Part shown: positions 40,951-53,784 of the stretch, in pieces
Layout: the number at the start of each line of letters is the position of its first letter
Numbering within the stretch: position 1 is the stretch's first letter
From: Octopus vulgaris
Lineage: Eukaryota
Assembly: GCA_951406725.2 (NCBI GenBank)
Contig: OX597831.1
Span: 29,760,001-29,824,000 of the forward strand
Direction: 5' to 3'
DNA length: 64,000 nt
Made by a program: the position numbers and the translations under genes
Notes under the pieces: generated by a model
Told to the model about the DNA's origin: nothing
Database searches by the model: none
Seen by the model: only the letters and a program-made list of their open reading frames with translations

Positions 40951-41958
40951 ATGTGTATCATACAAACCTGACGTTTTAAATTAAGTACTCACTTCCTAAT
41001 ACACTTCGAAGTTGCATTGTTTGGCGTGATCTTTGGCATTCATTGGTCAGTCTGACACACTTGACGTAAGACAAATCGTGACCCGACTCGGGGATCGGTT
41101 GAATAGCAATTGGGGGAGGGGGGGATCGGCCGATGGAAGAGGACTTTGAAGGATTCTAACATAAATGTCGATGACACCAGATCTCAGAAATGTTGATATG
41201 TTGATAACTGAAACGTGGACACAAGATATTGGAGAATATATGTTACAGTATTGCCTCGTCATCACCATCATCACCACCACCACCACCATCACCACGAACA
41301 ACGACATCAACAACAATATTACCAAGCTTCACTTAGACACTTGCACGCGACGGCAATTCAATATTATCGAAATAAGAACAGCGTAAGCCAACAAATAAGA
41401 AAATATAGAGTATCAAAGACTAAGATCAGCTTTTATAGGTAAAGTATCAAATACACACACACTTACACACATACATACATAGCGTCGTACATTGGGAAGG
41501 TCATTGCAACACACGCGTTGGTTTTATTTCACTTCAGTTATATATTCACTGAATTTGATAATTTATTAATTAACTAGCTAATAAATCGATCATTTAATTG
41601 GTCGATAGAATTAAAGTTCTTCCGTCGGAGCCTGTGATTATCAATATTGCTGTCTCCTTCGTGCACCTCCTACTAAATATTTAACTAAATGAACTGCTTA
41701 TAAAACTGATATAAAATGCAACCAATGTGGCCTTCTTGTTGACATTATGACCCACAACCGTAGGGCAACAATATCTATTTTAACACATCGGTTTTATATT
41801 TAAAAATGTTGTAAATGAAATACACGCATACATATTCATGTATATGAATATGTAGATACGATTATGTGTATCTGTGTGTGTGTGCGTGTGCGCGCGTGCG
41901 TGTGTGTGTGCGTGCGTGCGCGTTTGTATATGTGTGTATCTATCTATCTATCTATCTA

Positions 41959-42016
<58 letters not shown>

Positions 42017-42412
42017 ATTGTTATCGCCATATTAATATGGCAATCTTATAGATAGAAGACTAAAAGCTGTCGTAATCTCTTTTAGAGAGACTTAGTAATT
42101 TTAACATTTCTATTATACATATATATATATATGTATGTGTGTGTATGTGTATAAACATAAATACATGCATACATACATACATACATATAGTAAAATGAAG
42201 AAACGTACTGCAAACGGGGAAAATTCTCGCAAAAGGTGGACACTCTCACCCCTCATCAGTTATCAACCCCAAAGTCATCACAATTTCGCCGTCTTAATAC
42301 GATTAAATGATATTCTGTGTGAATATATATATACGTATGTGTATGCATGAGTTTATATAATTAAATGCGTGCGCATACACATATCATCATCATCATCATC
42401 ATCATCATCATT

Positions 42413-42453
<41 letters not shown>

Positions 42454-42678
42454 GATTTAACGTCCGTTTTTCCTACGCGCGCACGCACACACGGTATTTG
42501 TAAGGGACTTCAGAGAAGTTTAAATTAATAAGATGAAGATTCCCAGCTGCTTTCTGGTGTGTTCCCCTGTCTTGTGGGACCTGCAGATCTGCTTAACCTC
42601 AATAAGGGCCTGGCATCAGTATGTGGAGGGTCTTGCACCAAGGTAATTAATAAAACCCACCAAACACATTCTTTCCCT

Positions 42679-42715
<37 letters not shown>

Positions 42716-43095
42716 CCCTCTCTCTCTTTCTCCCCTATCTCTCTTTCTCTCTCACTCTCACACAAGCTCTATCTCTCTCTTTCTCCCCATAACTGTCTCT
42801 TACGCACACACATTACAATAAACATTGATACTTGTTTATTCTGTTTAAATTAAAACCTGTGGTCTCACCAAACTGGCGCCAGAGAGAGAGAGAGGGGGGG
42901 TGGAGAGAAAGAGACAGAGAGAGATAGAAAGAGAGCAGGTAAGTGAGAGAAAGATTATTTATATGAGAGACGGACAGGGGTGAGATTTACAGAAAGAGTG
43001 AAAGAGACAGACGGAGACGAAGAATGAAACCCCCCACACACACACACGCGCGCACAAATATATACATAGAATACATAGAGAGAGAGAGAGAGAGT

Positions 43096-43133
<38 letters not shown>

Positions 43134-43548
43134 GAGACAGAGAGAGGCAGACACTTAGAGAGAGAGAGATAGGCAGGCAGACAGAAAGACAGAGAAAGAC
43201 AGACAAACAGAGAGACAGAGAGAGACAGACAGACAGATAGATAGGTAGAGAAAGAGAGAGAGAGAAAGAGAGGCAGACATACAGACAGACAGAGACAGAC
43301 ATGTAGATAGACAAATAGATACTGAGAGAGGAACAGACAGACGGGGTGGAAGGGTGAGGGTGTACGAGAATGAGGAAGCAGTACAGTGTGTATATATTAT
43401 ATAAGGGTGAAGAAAAGATAGAGAGAGAGAGTGTGAGGAAGAACGATGGTTTGTAACCAATGGATACATGTGTGTGTGTGTATGTATGTATGTATGTATG
43501 TATGTATGTATGTATGTATGTATGTATGTATGTATATATATGTATGTG

Positions 43549-43591
<43 letters not shown>

Positions 43592-43593
43592 GT

Positions 43594-43666
<73 letters not shown>

Positions 43667-43968
43667 GTATATGTATGTATGCGGGTGGGGTTGTAGGTGG
43701 GAGGTGGGGAACATTTGTTTATTAGATTCTCCAAAATCCTAAGTTAGGATCCAACCGACGACAATGAATGAATAAAAAACAAACAAAACATACACACACA
43801 CAGAAGCAAACACGCGCACAAATACACTCGCATGTATGCAAATACGCATTCATGTCTATAGACGCAATCACACAAACTCATACGCACACAAGGACACAGA
43901 CACAAGCACATACACAAACATCGTCCGAGGATTTACATGCATATGCTAACCATACAGTATGTACGCAT

Positions 43969-44038
<70 letters not shown>

Positions 44039-44158
44039 GGTTCTATGCTGGAGTGAAGGCAATATGCTCTTCGTATATCTTCTTTACTTCTTGGTGATTT
44101 TAGGTATAATTATACTGATGTGTCCATCTGCTTTAATTTAATTAAATTCTATGTCTTT

Positions 44159-44247
44159 GTGCAGCTGAGGATTGGTCTGCATTTTAAATTGATGCAATGA
44201 TTGCATTGTTCAATTAAATGGAGTTGCATGAAACGATCGTACTGCAT
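44159..44247 (+). ncRNA. Type I hammerhead ribozyme motif
   Basis: GTGCAG (stem I) - CTGAGGA (44165-71) - long stem II (ATTGATGCAATG ATTG CATTGTTCAAT, imperfect base) - GAAAC GATC GTA (44230-41) - CTGCAT (stem I'). Confidence 0.75.
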
Positions 44248-44275
44248 TACCTCTGGATATCCTTGTTGCTTATTT

Positions 44276-44337
<62 letters not shown>

Positions 44338-44605
44338 AAGAGAAAAGATGAAAAAACAAAGAAGATGTATTTTACAAGTTTTAAGAGCATATTAGAGTCA
44401 TAATAATAAAGAAATACAATTTTGTACAAAATAAGGTTTTGTTCTTTCAACATAATTGAAGCAAAGGCCGGTTTCGCATTGCTCATCCAGCTGTGAGTTG
44501 AAAGAGATACATATATATATGTATGTATATATGGTTATGTTTATGTATGCATTCATATCTATGTATGAATGTATATATAAATATAATATAAATAATATAT
44601 ATATA

Positions 44606-44835
44606 TTTCTTTACTACCCATAAGGGGCTAAACACAGAGGGGACAAACAAGGACAGACAAAGGGATTTAGTCGATTACATCGACCCCAGTGCGTGACTGG
44701 TACTTAATTTATCGACTCCGAAAGGATGAAAGGCAAAGTCGACCTCGGCGGAATTTGAACTCAGAACGTAACGGCAGACGAAATACGGCTTCGCATTTCG
44801 CCCGGCGTGCTACCGTTTCTGCCAGCTTGCCGCCT

Positions 44836-44836
<1 letters not shown>
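44606..44836 (-). mobile_element. SINE family C
   Basis: Reverse complement of the 63047-63272 consensus. Confidence 0.9.
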
Positions 44837-44898
<62 letters not shown>

Positions 44899-44962
44899 CA
44901 TATATATATATACATATATATATATACATATATATATATACATATATATACATATACATATA

Positions 44963-45062
<100 letters not shown>

Positions 45063-45137
45063 TGTGCATATAAGGATATAGCACGTTACCAACTGTGTAA
45101 ACAAGCGAGTTGAATACGCAAACAACAAGATAGAAAA

Positions 45138-45180
<43 letters not shown>

Positions 45181-45731
45181 CAGACAAGGCTGTGTGATAA
45201 GTAGCTTGCTTCCTAACCACATGGTTCCGGGTATGTCCCTATTCATATTGTCGTATTTATTCATGTGCGTCCATATTTATATGTCCGTATGTGTATGAGT
45301 TAAATTTGAAAATATTACCTTTCTGACGCAATTCGCTCTCAGAGGATTCGTGAGAAAAGAAAAGCCTACCGAATTATCGGGTTGTTTAATTCTCCTGGCA
45401 GGCATATTAAAGGATGTGTTAAGACGCCATGTATGTCATTAGCAAAAATAGCCTGACCTCTGAGAGCAAGAGTGGCTGGTGAAATTATTCATGAAGCAGT
45501 GTGATGCATTTGGGGATTAAAAAATCATTTAAAATGCACACACACACACACACGCACACACAGATTGCACATTACACAGCCACACACACGAATATGATTT
45601 GCGGCTGAATGTGTTTTTAAGGGGTGGCTTCGAAGTTGCATTCCTGCACTGTCAGTATCCTGTATATTTATTATGGTGGTTTTGACTTTAAGCGTCTCTC
45701 ATAGCATGAGGCTTTTACGTGTAGTAATGCC

Positions 45732-45895
<164 letters not shown>

Positions 45896-46009
45896 GAGAG
45901 AGAGAGAGAGAGAGAGAGAGTTCAAATTTACACAGAAACAAAAGACGAAGGCAAGTGCAGGAATAACAGGCAGGTGTATTAATTCAACGCTCGGGAAGAA
46001 TGGAAAAGT

Positions 46010-46045
46010 CTTTGACGTTTCGAGGCTACGGTCTTCGTCAGAAAG
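46010..46045 (-). ncRNA. Minimal hammerhead motif in a short repeat (45921-46090)
   Basis: Minus strand CTTT-CTGACGA-AGACCGTAGCCTC-GAAAC-GTC-AAAG. Stem III is reduced to the palindrome ACGT and stem II is partly mismatched. Confidence 0.6.
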
Positions 46046-46087
46046 GATTTAAGAGGAAAACGAAACGGAGACAGAAAACAAATTGTG

Positions 46088-46147
<60 letters not shown>

Positions 46148-46151
<4 letters not shown>

Positions 46152-46525
46152 AAGCACTCTGTCGGTTACGACGATGAGGGTTCCGGTTGATCCGAATCAA
46201 CGGAACAGCCTGCTCGTGAAATTAACGTGTAAGTGGCTGAGCACTCCACAGACACGTGTACCCTTAACGTAGTTCTCGGGGATATTCAGCGTGACACAGC
46301 AAGGCCGGCCCCTTGAAATACAGGTATAACAGAAACAGGAAGTAAGAGTGAGAGAAAGTTTTGGCGAAAGAGTACAGCAGGGATCACCACCATCCCCTGC
46401 CGGAGCCTCGTGGAGCTTTAGGTGTTTTCGCTCAATAAACACTCACAACGCCCAGTCAGGGAATCGAAACTGCGATCCTATGACCGCGAGGCCGCTGGGC
46501 TAACCACTGGACCATTGCGCCTCCA
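46148..46525 (-). mobile_element. SINE family B head with E-type tail
   Basis: Head at 46525; tail ...CCCTCATCGTCGTAACCGACAGAGTGCTTCCA. Confidence 0.9.
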
Positions 46526-46559
46526 TATATATATATATTTTTTTTTTTTTAATTTTTAT

Positions 46560-46898
46560 TTTATTATATAGAAGGAGCTTCTACAGGACTAGAACTGTTT
46601 CATTCAAGAGAAATCATCAGGAAGCTAGTTAACAAGAATTGTTTTGGCATTTATACATTTAGGCAGGTTTAAAGGGGTGGTGGTGGGGGACTTTTTGGGG
46701 GTAGGCATAGCGCAAAAATATCATACTTAGGGGAGTGGTCAAGGAGTCAGTGGTAAAGTAGATAAAAGAATAAAAAAAGAATAAAAAAAAAAATAAATAA
46801 ATAGAAGAATAGAGTTTTAGGTAAATAAGGAGACTCTCACTTATACATATACACATATGTATATATATACACACACACACACATATACATACACACAT

Positions 46899-46969
<71 letters not shown>

Positions 46970-47056
46970 GGTCCCGGGTTGATTCGGGGTTAACCACAGT
47001 AAATAAGGTACTCAATACATAGCAGAGTAAAATTAATTTATTATATAGAAGGAGCT
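46560..47056 (-). mobile_element. Hammerhead-containing, terminally redundant short element (retrozyme-like or non-autonomous Penelope-type)
   Basis: 20-bp direct repeat TTTATTATATAGAAGGAGCT at 46560-46579 and 47037-47056 (period 477); no recognisable protein; internal TA/CA tract. Confidence 0.55.
46576..46626 (-). ncRNA. Type I hammerhead ribozyme motif
   Basis: Minus strand AGCTTC-CTGATGA-TTTC TCTT GAAT-GAAA-CAG TTCTAGTC CTG-TA^GAAGCT: 6-bp perfect stem I, 4-bp stem III and a GUA cleavage triplet. Confidence 0.8.
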
Positions 47057-47085
47057 GGGAAATAAACTTCTCACGATAAATCGCG

Positions 47086-47151
<66 letters not shown>

Positions 47152-47355
47152 ATTTGTCGTGAGAAGTTTATTTCCCAACCACATGGTTCCGGGTTCAGTC
47201 TTGCTGCGTTGCTTCTTGGGCAAGTGATCTCTTCTATAGAATGGCCTTGTGAATGGCTTTACTGGATGGAAACTGAAAGAAGTACGTTGCACACACACAC
47301 ACACACACACACAATAATAATAATAATAATAATATTAATAGTAGTAGTAGTAGTA

Positions 47356-47442
47356 GGGAATATATATTTTTAAATCGAATTAATTTTAATAGTATCGATT
47401 TTATTAATATCGATTTAAAGATAGAGTCCCGAAACGCGCGTA
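47356..47442 (+). ncRNA. 5'-truncated hammerhead remnant
   Basis: Long hairpin GGGA..TTTAAATCGA / TCGATTTAAA..TCCC followed directly by GAAAC GCGC GTA; (GTA)n lies where CUGANGA would be. Confidence 0.5.
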
Positions 47443-47609
47443 ATCAATTTAATGTTTATTTAATTTATTGATTTTTTGAATAATATTTATTATAGTATAT
47501 TTAAATTTTTCTATATAATATAGATAATATCTTTCACGATTGAATTGCTTAATAGAGGTTATTTCTCTTAATTATATACATATACATACATATACATATA
47601 TATATATAT

Positions 47610-47701
<92 letters not shown>

Positions 47702-47722
47702 TGCATAAATATACATTAATGT

Positions 47723-47803
47723 TAGTGCCCTTACTGATGAAGCACGAATGGCAAATTATTTCATTTGCACATTGATGTTGAAACTCGAGTATGAGGGTAA
47801 CTA
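47723..47803 (+). ncRNA. Type I hammerhead ribozyme motif
   Basis: TAGTGCCCTTA (stem I) - CTGATGA (47734-40) - AGCA CG AATG GCAAAT tatttc ATTTGC A CATT GA TGTT (stem II) - GAAAC TCGA GTA (47780-91) - TGAGGGTAACTA (stem I', 11 bp with one bulge and two GU pairs). Confidence 0.85.
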
Positions 47804-48014
47804 TTGAAATGTTGCTTTAATCTTTTAAACTCCATTTCCGTTTATCTTTTGCGAGCAACTGTTGTAAGACGACCGAGTGTTGTTTGCTCTGACACAGTAC
47901 ACCTGCCGGACGTGACAACCTCAACTGAATCTCCACTCACATTTATCTTGAAGATACCTGTTTTATGCATGGTTAAACGTTATTTATAGGATCTTATGTT
48001 GATGTTGTTGTGCT

Positions 48015-49035
48015 TGTTGCCGGACAAAGTTGCTTAGCGGCATTTCTTCGGGGGATTTACGACTGGAGTTCAAATCCTGCCGAGGTCAACAGTGTCTCTC
48101 ATCTTTCCGGGATCGATGAAATAAAGCACCAGTTGAGCAATGGGATCGATGTAACCGACCAACCTCCGCTTTCCCCTGTGCCTATAAAAGAAAGGATTTT
48201 TAAGGAAGGGGGAGCTGGCATAATCGTTAGCATGCCGGAAAAAATGTTTAGCAGAAATTCGTCCGCCTTTAGGTTAAATTTCGCGGAGGTTGACTTTGCT
48301 TTTCATCCTTTTGGGGTCGATGAAATAAGTACCAGATGCACAGAGGGATCGATGTAATCGACTTAAACCCTTCCACCAAAATTTCTGGCCCTTTACCAAA
48401 ATTAGGAAACGTTGTTGTTGTTGTTCCTATTATTATTTCTATTACTAAGGCAGCGAGCTGGCAGAATCGTTAGCACACCGGGCTAAATGTTTAGCGGCAT
48501 TTTGCCCGACTTGACGTTCTGAGTTCAAATTCTCCTGAGGTAGATTTTGCCTTTTATCCTTTTGGGGTCAATAAAATAAGTACCCAGTTGAGCACTGGGG
48601 TTGATTTAATCAACTAGTACCCTCCCCACAAATTTCAGACCTTGAGCCTATTGTAGAAAGGATTATTATTATTATTAAGTAGGTGGGCTGGCAGAATCGT
48701 TAGCACGCCGAGCGAAATGTGTAGCCATATTTCGTCTGCCGTCACGTTCCGAGTTCAAATTCAGCCGAGGTGGACTTTCATCCTTTCGGGGTTGATAAAT
48801 TAAGTATCAGTTACGCACTGGGGTCGATATAATCGACTTAATCCGTTTGTCTGTCCTTGTTTGTCTCCTCTGTGTTTAGCCCCTTCTTTACATTCTGAGT
48901 TCAAATTCCGCCGAGATCGACTTTGCCTTTCATCCTTTCGGGGTCGATAAAATAAGAGATAGTTGAAAATTGGGGTCGATATGATCAACTGACCCTCCCC
49001 AAAAAATCTAGGCTTTGTGCCTATAGTAGAAAGGA
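48015..49035 (+). mobile_element. Head-to-tail cluster of five family C SINEs
   Basis: Repeated GAGTTCAAATTCCGCCGAGGTCGACTTTGCCTTTCATCCTTTCGGGGTCGATAAA-like cores at about 48065, 48270, 48520, 48750 and 48897. Confidence 0.85.
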
Positions 49036-49061
49036 TTATTATTATTATTATTATTATTATT

Positions 49062-49403
49062 GAGTGAGAGAGCAGTTCTTCAGGTTGAGTAGCCCATCCC
49101 GCTCAAACGGTCCCTGAATAAGGGTTGTTTAAGGATGTTGAAAGAACCACCTATGTTTCCAGAGGTGAACTATTCAAACCCCAAAGAATCCCTCTCAACA
49201 CATGGCTATGATGCTCCCCCACTACTTCTGCTCGTGGTTAGAGATGCACATATCGTCAGCCACTAAGGGACATGCTCAACTGGTTAAGGTCAAACAACTG
49301 ACAAGCAAATCTGTGGTATTGAGCAGAATATTTGCTGTAGCCCATCTTTTATACCAAGACAAAACAAGGAGTTTCAGAAGCCATACTGCCTGGTTATCAG
49401 GGC

Positions 49404-49406
<3 letters not shown>
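49062..49406. mobile_element. (TTA)n-embedded non-coding repeat, internally deleted copy
   Basis: Highly similar to 49545-50062; ends GAGTGAGAGAGCAG and CAGGGCATTT, with (TTA)n on both sides. Confidence 0.8.
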
Positions 49407-49481
<75 letters not shown>

Positions 49482-49503
49482 ATTATTATTATTATTATTA
49501 TTA

Positions 49504-49544
<41 letters not shown>

Positions 49545-50062
49545 GAGTTATTAGAGAGCAGTTCATGCCATCAAAGTGACACTGGGGTAAAGTATACGAA
49601 GCCCAGTATACCCATCATGACTACCTGTCTGATAAGGGTACACTAGGCACATGCATCACAACCATATGTGCGCGACATGGTGATCTCATATCAAGATATC
49701 TGGTCGAGTAGCCCATCCCGCTCAAAAGGTCTCTGAATAAGGATTACTTAAGGATATTGAACAAACCACCCATGTTTCCAAAGGTGAATTATCCAAACCT
49801 TCAAGAATCCCCTTCAACACACGGCTATGATGCTCCCCCACTACTTCTGCTCGTGGTTAGAGATGCACATATCGTCAGTTACTAAGGGACATGCTCAACT
49901 GGTTACGGTCAAACAACGGACAAGCAAATCAGTGGTATTGAGCAGAATATTTGTTGTAGCCCATCTTTTATACCAAGACAAAACAATGTACATGATAACA
50001 CTTCCAATCAGTTAAGATCAGAAGCCATGAGAGCCACTGCCTGGTACTGCATCAGGGCATTT
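49545..50062. mobile_element. (TTA)n-embedded non-coding repeat, longer copy
   Basis: Similar termini and body to 49062-49406. Confidence 0.8.
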
Positions 50063-50078
50063 ACTATTATCATTATTA

Positions 50079-50422
50079 TTACCGCAACTCTCGGTCAGCG
50101 AGGCAGAGTGCTGCGAAGGACCGATATCTGCCTGGGAAGTGGAGGAAGCAATGAAGAGTTGCACGAGAGGTAGATCGCCGGGTTTGGATGGTCTGTCCTA
50201 CGAGCTTTACACTTCAATGCCAGACTTGTTTGCGGGCCTATTGGCAAACGTCTACTGCAACTGGCAGCAAAACGGGAGAATTCCTGCTTTTGTCTGTCGA
50301 GGGGTGGTGGCTTTGCTGAGAAAGGACCCAAAATAGGGAATTTTCGGCCCATCACTCTGCTCAATGCAGAGTTGAAGATTTTAGCCAAGGTGCTAGCCAG
50401 GAGATTGGCGCTTGTCGTGGAC
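50079..50422 (+). mobile_element. L1/Tx1-clade LINE reverse-transcriptase fragment
   Basis: EGPISAWEVEEAMKSCTRGRSPGLDGLSYELY...GVVALLRK...NFRPITLLNAELKILAKVLARRL (RT domains 0-1), frameshifted. Confidence 0.85.
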
Positions 50423-50441
50423 ATCATCATCATCATCATCA

Positions 50442-50493
<52 letters not shown>

Positions 50494-50936
50494 CATTATT
50501 ATTATTATCATCATTATTATTACATTTTATTCCTTTGTTCTAACTAGCTTTCGATTCCAGTTAAAAGAAACGTGATTGAACATTCCCAATGAAACTAACC
50601 CACATACTCGGGCAACGATTTATCTATTTTTAGATTTTAAATCGAATACTAGGAAAAAAAGAATCTAGATAAAGAATAAAACTTTTTGTCTCTGATTATT
50701 ACGTTTACAATTTGAATGAAAATTTTATTACAAAAAAGATAATCTCGATACTAAAAACTGAAATCTACATAAAATTGTTCAGCCACATATTATTGTATTT
50801 TGAGAATCTATTTTTCCATATTATATAGTTTAATTATTAAATTTTCGATTTCAGTCGAAAATTTCTATTCCAGATTCCATCTTTATTTCCTAATTTCTTT
50901 CTCTCTACCTCTTTCTCTTTCTCTCCCTCTATTTTT

Positions 50937-50996
<60 letters not shown>

Positions 50997-51023
50997 TATT
51001 TATTTATTTATTTCTCTCATTTA

Positions 51024-51092
<69 letters not shown>

Positions 51093-51198
51093 TTCTTTTT
51101 CTGTATCTCTCTTCCACCCTCTAGTCACTTCTCTTTCTCTCTCTCTTTCCCGTCTTCTCCTTATATCTTTCTCTTCTTCCTCTATATTTCTACGTATG

Positions 51199-51232
<34 letters not shown>

Positions 51233-51293
51233 TATATATACACACACACATATATACACGTATATATACGCACATACATATATATATAATCAC

Positions 51294-51382
<89 letters not shown>

Positions 51383-51755
51383 TATACAACTTTCTCTTTC
51401 CTCTCTCTCTCTCTTCTCTCTCCCCACCCCCATTACGATTTATCAATTTTTAAATTCCAATGTGACAAAGTGGAAATAATTTTTTCATTTTTCCATAATG
51501 AAAAAAAGAACAAACACAACACACCACCGCTCCCTTCGCCTCTAATCCCCACCCCACCTGCTACACACACACACACAAACACACCTTCATTGCGAAATGG
51601 AGGGGTGGCTGGGGGTATTGGCTGAACGTAACGAAAAGAAACAAGCAACGGAAAAAAACACAAATATAATATCATCTTTGAAATTCATTTGTTATCATGC
51701 TTAGAGGCATTGACTGGGACAAACAGACAAACAGACAGACAAACAGACAGACGTA

Positions 51756-51803
<48 letters not shown>

Positions 51804-51913
51804 CATATATATATGTATGTATGCATATATGTATATATATATATGTATATGTATGCATGTATATAGTGAGAGAGAGAGAGAGAGAGAGAGGCAGACAGAC
51901 AGGTGGACTGACT

Positions 51914-52059
<146 letters not shown>

Positions 52060-52060
52060 C

Positions 52061-52111
<51 letters not shown>

Positions 52112-52190
52112 CAGACAACAGTCAGAAAGCAGATGAGCGGATAGATAAATAAATAGATAGAGAGAGAGAGAGAGAGATAGACAGACAGAT

Positions 52191-52225
<35 letters not shown>

Positions 52226-52228
52226 TAT

Positions 52229-52267
<39 letters not shown>

Positions 52268-53310
52268 AACAAAACAACCAGGCAGGCAGGCAAACGGATA
52301 GACAGACACAGTGGTCGGTCGGTTTGTTGGTTGGTGGGTTCCAAATGTTAGTGACAGAGACAAGTGTTAACCAAACAAACATGGCAGACTTTCAATAAAA
52401 CACTTCCTTAAAAGAGAGTGGGGGTGTGGGTAGGGGGGGAAGACGGTAGTTCTGAACAATTCCACCATCACCACCACCATGACCACTGCCCCACCACAGT
52501 TACCACCACCACCACCACCACTACAGAGTCAGAGGAAGGGGAGGAAATAGTTTTAATCTTGTTTTTCATTTCTTTTACATCATCATTGTCCACTCACACT
52601 GACATATATTATTGCGACACACAGACAGACACATAGACAGACAGACAGACGGGACGGACAGACAAACAGACAGACGTTGTGTGTACCCTGAAGCTAAATT
52701 CACGTTCAAATTTCGGAGATATTTGAATATTTTGTGAGTGGCGTGGTCGGATTGTAATATTCGCTCCTCTGTGTTGTTGGCATTGTCTTTTTACAAATAT
52801 TCACCACCACCACCACCACCACTACCACCACCACTTACAACATCATCGTCATCATCATCATTATCATCATCATTATCATCACCTCTAAAATCATCATAAT
52901 CGTCGTCGTCGTCGTTGTGGTAGTCATTTCATTTGCTTCACCCTCACCCTTACCACTGCCGGCGCCTCCACAATCATCACCACAGCAACCACCATAATCA
53001 GCGTCGTCGTCATCATCATCATCATCATCAGCGTGATCATCACCACCATCATCATCATTATCATCACGCTTACCATCACCCACCACCATCACCACCATCA
53101 TCATCATCACGCTCACCTCTACCACTACCATCACCACCACCACCACCACCATCATCATCACGTTCACCTATCCCACCACCACCACCATCATTATCATCAC
53201 CATCATTGTCATCATCATAATCGGCAGCAGCAACAGCGGCAGTAGTGATGAATCGTTTGTACTTTCGTTAAAATTCTCGAATTTCCATTTCTCTCACTTT
53301 TCGTTCTCTA

Positions 53311-53364
<54 letters not shown>

Positions 53365-53365
53365 A

Positions 53366-53401
<36 letters not shown>

Positions 53402-53744
53402 GAGACATTTCATTGAGAGTCTGCTGTTATTTTTTAAATATCTGATCCGGATTATTTTTCAAATGTGTATTTGACATGTTATTCACTTTCTTACGATTGT
53501 TTGCGTTGTTGTTGTTGTTGTTGTTCTGATGGCGGGGGTGGCGTTGGTTGTGGTGTCGTTTTGTGTTTTGTCGTATGGTCATCGTTGTTGTGATGGCATT
53601 CATTGTTATACGTACATGTAAACACACACACACATGCAAGTCCCATTCCGTATACATACATACATATATATGTGTGTGTGTATACATATATGTGTGTGTA
53701 CATATACACACACACACTTATGCATATCTAGCTATCTATCTAAA

Positions 53745-53784
<40 letters not shown>

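Noticed and set aside
42205-42262. Minus-strand CTGATGA followed by a GGGG/CCCC stem
   Set aside because: GTTT replaces GAAA and there is no stem I or III.
52683-52705. TACCCTG (miR-10-like seed); also TGAGGTAG (let-7-like) near 58486
   Set aside because: The rest of the mature sequence and a precursor hairpin are absent.
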